From a virus (lineage: Duplodnaviria; Caudoviricetes): a DNA stretch of 55,864 nucleotides. The notes beneath the pieces were generated by a model that worked only from the letters and a program-made list of their open reading frames with translations, searched no databases and was not told the origin of the DNA. Below are positions 53,459 through 55,864 of the stretch, piece by piece. The stretch's first letter is position 1, and each line of letters opens with the position of its first letter. The DNA lies in the IMG/VR virus record IMGVR_UViG_3300018063_000005, positions 1 to 55,864 of that record; one strand, written 5' to 3'. The position numbers were made by a program, and so were the translations under genes.

Positions 53459-53496
53459 GTCCTGTCCGTCCACGCGATGCCCGTCGTCTCGCCCAT
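53455..53496 (-). pseudogene. orphaned 13-codon 5' end of the DUF5131 gene
   Basis: MGETTGIAWTDRT* parallels MGEKTAISWCDHS at the start of the downstream DUF5131 gene. Confidence 0.75.
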
Positions 53497-53504
53497 CGTG
53501 CGCC

Positions 53505-53735
53505 TCAGAGGACCTGGCGGAGGTCGATGATCCGGGAGCCGTTGCGCAGCTCCGTCGGCGGCGCCGTCTCGCGCAGCTCGCGCTCGAAGGCGGACGCGTC
53601 GGCGGTGAGCGGCACCGCGAGGCCCGTGACAAAGACGTGCACCTCAATCCCGCCGTCGGTCGTGCCCTTCCAGAGACGCGCGGGCGCGCCGTTGTAGGTC
53701 GTGAGCTTCTCCGTCGGCTCGATGGTGATCCGCAT
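53505..53735 (-). CDS. hypothetical protein
   Basis: RBS; ARLWKGTTDGGIEVH pattern. Confidence 0.65.
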   Translation of the reverse strand: MRITIEPTEKLTTYNGAPARLWKGTTDGGIEVHVFVTGLAVPLTADASAFERELRETAPPTELRNGSRIIDLRQVL

Positions 53736-53820
53736 CTCTCTCTCCCGTGTGAAGACGGCCGCGCCCCGGCCCGTTCGCCGCCGCAGGTTCCCGCCCGCGG
53801 ACCGAGGCGCGACCGAGCTG

Positions 53821-54066
53821 CTAGGCCGCCTTGGACGCTGCCGGCAGGCGCTTCCGCCCAGGCTTCTGCGGCTTGACCGGGGTCGCGTCGCGGAGGAGCA
53901 GCCGCTCCAACCGGATCCCGCTGTAGACCATCCCGATGGCCCTGCAGGCCGCGTTGCCGCGCGAGGGCGTCATCTTGTCGTTCGACAGCAAGCGACGCGT
54001 CTCGCGAGCAGCCTCGATCTCCTCGTTGACCTGCGACATGCGGTTCACCACGGTCATGCCCTTCAT
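53821..54066 (-). CDS. hypothetical protein
   Basis: ATGA coupling. Confidence 0.55.
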   Translation of the reverse strand: MKGMTVVNRMSQVNEEIEAARETRRLLSNDKMTPSRGNAACRAIGMVYSGIRLERLLLRDATPVKPQKPGRKRLPAASKAA

Positions 54067-54431
54067 GCGCCGTTCCTTTCCTCGGCCGCCTTCACGGCCC
54101 GCCTGAGCTGCGACACCTCTTCGCGGAGCGGAAAGAGGAACTCCATCCCGCGCCAGTAGCGCGCCCCGTTGACGCGCACGACGTATCCGCTGTGACGCGC
54201 GTAGGACTTCCGCGCCTGCTCCCGGAGCTTCTCCGGCTCGCGCTCGCGCGCGGCGTGCTTGCGCCCTAGGACCGCGGCCCGATGCGCCTCGTACTGGTCG
54301 CGGTCCTGCGCCCTGAGCTGGTCCACCCGCTCGCTCGACACCGCGCCACGCCGCCGCCGCGAGCGGATCCTCTCCGCGTTCCGCTCGTAGTAGGCGCGGT
54401 CCTTCGCGCGGCGCTTGTCGAGGTCCCTCAC
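54063..54431 (-). CDS. basic helical hypothetical protein
   Basis: RAYYERNAERI repeats; GTGA coupling. Confidence 0.55.
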   Translation of the reverse strand: MRDLDKRRAKDRAYYERNAERIRSRRRRGAVSSERVDQLRAQDRDQYEAHRAAVLGRKHAAREREPEKLREQARKSYARHSGYVVRVNGARYWRGMEFLFPLREEVSQLRRAVKAAEERNGA

Positions 54432-54643
54432 CCGTCGAGCCCTCTCGACTTCGCCCACCACGCGGTGACGAGGATGTCGCCCTCCGCGCCCTCCTCCGCG
54501 TCCGCGTCGAGCGTGCCTCCCGCCATGATCTGCGAGAGAGGCAACCAGTGGTCCACGCCGTCGATCACGACGAGCAGCGCCTTCCCGGCGACGCGCTTCA
54601 CGAGCTCGACCTCGAGCGCGACGGTCAGGTCCGCTGCCTTCAC
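54428..54643 (-). CDS. small beta-barrel phage protein
   Basis: KALLV...WLPLSQI...WWAKSRGL pattern. Confidence 0.6.
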   Translation of the reverse strand: MKAADLTVALEVELVKRVAGKALLVVIDGVDHWLPLSQIMAGGTLDADAEEGAEGDILVTAWWAKSRGLDG

Positions 54644-54837
54644 ATCGCTCTCCCCAGGCACGCCGCCGCCATCGCGTCGTGCCACGTCTTCGCGCCGATC
54701 CCCCGGAACCCCGTGAACCGGACGCCGTCGTGCTGCAGCTCGTCGATCCGCCCGTCAGAGTCGCGGTAGAGGACGCGGTGCCCCGCGGCGCCGCCCTCCA
54801 CCGCGGTCGAGTAGCGGGCGCGCCGCCCAGCGCTCAC
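54640..54837 (-). CDS. hypothetical protein
   Basis: coupled overlaps. Confidence 0.45.
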   Translation of the reverse strand: MSAGRRARYSTAVEGGAAGHRVLYRDSDGRIDELQHDGVRFTGFRGIGAKTWHDAMAAACLGRAM

Positions 54838-55265
54838 GGCCGGTCCTCGCCGCGGTGCTTCCGCGCGGGAGGGAGCGCCTTCTGCCCCGGGCGCGGCGTC
54901 ACGTCGATCGCCTCGTCCCCGGCCTTCCCCTTCGCCTTGCCCTTGCGGCGGAGCTCCTCCTTCGCGGCCGCGACCTCGCCCGGCGGGACTCCGACGCCGT
55001 TGTCCGCCATCGCGATCGAGAGCCCCGGGCCCCGCGCTCGGGGGCGCCCGGCGTGGTCCGGCTCGTCGAAGGGCAACTCGTCCTCCTCGTGCTCGCGCCC
55101 GGCGAGCAGGTCGCGGTTGCGCTTCACCTCCGCCTTCGCGTCCTTGATCTCCTCGCGCTTGTCCTTGCCAAGCTCCTTCAGCTCGAGCTCGAGCCTCTCC
55201 TGCTTGTCGAGCGCCTTCAGCAGCGCCGCCTCGTGCTTTTCCTTCATGGCTCCGGTGGGCTTCAC
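54834..55265 (-). CDS. coiled-coil hypothetical protein
   Basis: Lys/Glu-rich helix; coupled start. Confidence 0.55.
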   Translation of the reverse strand: MKPTGAMKEKHEAALLKALDKQERLELELKELGKDKREEIKDAKAEVKRNRDLLAGREHEEDELPFDEPDHAGRPRARGPGLSIAMADNGVGVPPGEVAAAKEELRRKGKAKGKAGDEAIDVTPRPGQKALPPARKHRGEDRP

Positions 55266-55570
55266 GACTTGTCGTCCTCCTTCGCGGGCGCGTCGGCGCC
55301 CGGGTCCTGGGTGGTGATGGGGGTGGGGGAGGCGAGGGGGATGAACGGGCACTCGGCCTGGATCGCGACGACCGGGTGGCCGCGCCCGAAGACGCTGAGC
55401 CAGATCGGCGCGCCGCCGGCGATGGCCACGCGCTCCTCCTCGGTCGGCTGCCAGCACGAGATCAGGACCGACCCGCTGTCGTGGACGGGGAGCCCGCCGA
55501 CCTCTTCCTCGGTCATGCCATCGGGCGCCACGAACAGGCGGTTCGCCTGCGGGAAGGGGACGGGGTTCAC
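55262..55570 (-). CDS. conserved hypothetical phage protein
   Basis: ISCWQPTEEERVAIAGGAPIWLSV...HP. Confidence 0.7.
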   Translation of the reverse strand: MNPVPFPQANRLFVAPDGMTEEEVGGLPVHDSGSVLISCWQPTEEERVAIAGGAPIWLSVFGRGHPVVAIQAECPFIPLASPTPITTQDPGADAPAKEDDKS

Positions 55571-55864
55571 GGCTGGTCCCTCCTGCGTTCCGGGTTCGTG
55601 ACGAGTTCCTCCACGAGCCGCCGGCCGCCCTCGCCTGCGGGCCGGGTCAGCTTGCGCGTCGTCGTGCGGGCCTCAGCGATCCGCTCGTTGTGGAAGAGCG
55701 GCTGCAGTCCGGCGCGGCGGTCGCGCCCCGAGGGCGAGCGGCAGTCCTGCCCCGGGAAGGCATGGCAGCTCGGGCACTCGATCTGCCCGGTCCGGCCGAA
55801 CGCGCCGGCCTCCATCGCGTTGCGGCGCGCGAGATCCTTGCGCCGGGCGTGGGTGCCTGCGACG
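55567..55864 (-). CDS. 3' part of tandem phage zinc-finger protein (starts at 230)
   Basis: open frame across the circular junction. Confidence 0.7.
   Translation of the reverse strand, partial: VAGTHARRKDLARRNAMEAGAFGRTGQIECPSCHAFPGQDCRSPSGRDRRAGLQPLFHNERIAEARTTTRKLTRPAGEGGRRLVEELVTNPERRRDQP
55742..55864. repeat. Terminal direct repeat (copy 2)
   Basis: identical to 1-123. Confidence 0.95.

Noticed and set aside
52964-53496. Group I intron or intein in the DUF5131 gene
   Set aside because: No room for a ribozyme core, no intein termini, and the downstream gene has its own complete start
1-55864. Many long overlapping ORFs in the six-frame track (e.g. 22869-26018 +, 21451-23412 +, 29305-31338 +)
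   Set aside because: Shadow frames of real genes caused by high GC; Arg/Pro/Ala-rich with no motifs
1-55864. CRISPR array, or functional repeat behind very frequent CTCGAG/GAGCTC
   Set aside because: No regularly spaced repeat-spacer units seen; the hexamers reflect Leu-Glu/Glu-Leu codon preference

Overview
A complete, circular-mapping temperate tailed phage genome of about 55.7 kb. The first 123 nt repeat exactly at the end and split one gene. It is very GC-rich, probably a siphovirus, and the host is most likely in the Myxococcota (Anaeromyxobacter-like; inference). A lambda-like immunity switch (repressor/Cro, with GTAGC-N6-GCTAC operators over two sigma70 promoters) sits at about 6.3-7.7 kb. 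The leftward early operon carries YqaJ/RecT/SMC-like ATPase and many small accessory genes, a LAGLIDADG homing endonuclease, DUF5131, an HD protein, xis and int; it wraps through the origin and ends at an attP (3' half of tRNA-Val(CAC)) lying inside the integrase gene. A rightward replication operon (initiator with internal origin, DnaB) converges with a long leftward late operon (regulators, terminase, portal, head, lysis membrane proteins, tail). The most unusual content is an apparent extracytoplasmic module: several late-operon proteins carry Sec signal peptides (one is a widespread virion-type domain with a signal peptide and a C-terminal membrane anchor), alongside a TMTC-like GT-C protein glycosyltransferase next to attP, a subtilisin protease and a Cys-rich beta-helix protein in the tail region. 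Also notable are a Tlde1/L,D-transpeptidase-fold endolysin candidate, a GNAT-like protein with a head-associated motif, and a homing endonuclease that has replaced the 5' end of its target gene. All calls come from reading sequence and motifs by eye; no database searches were run.
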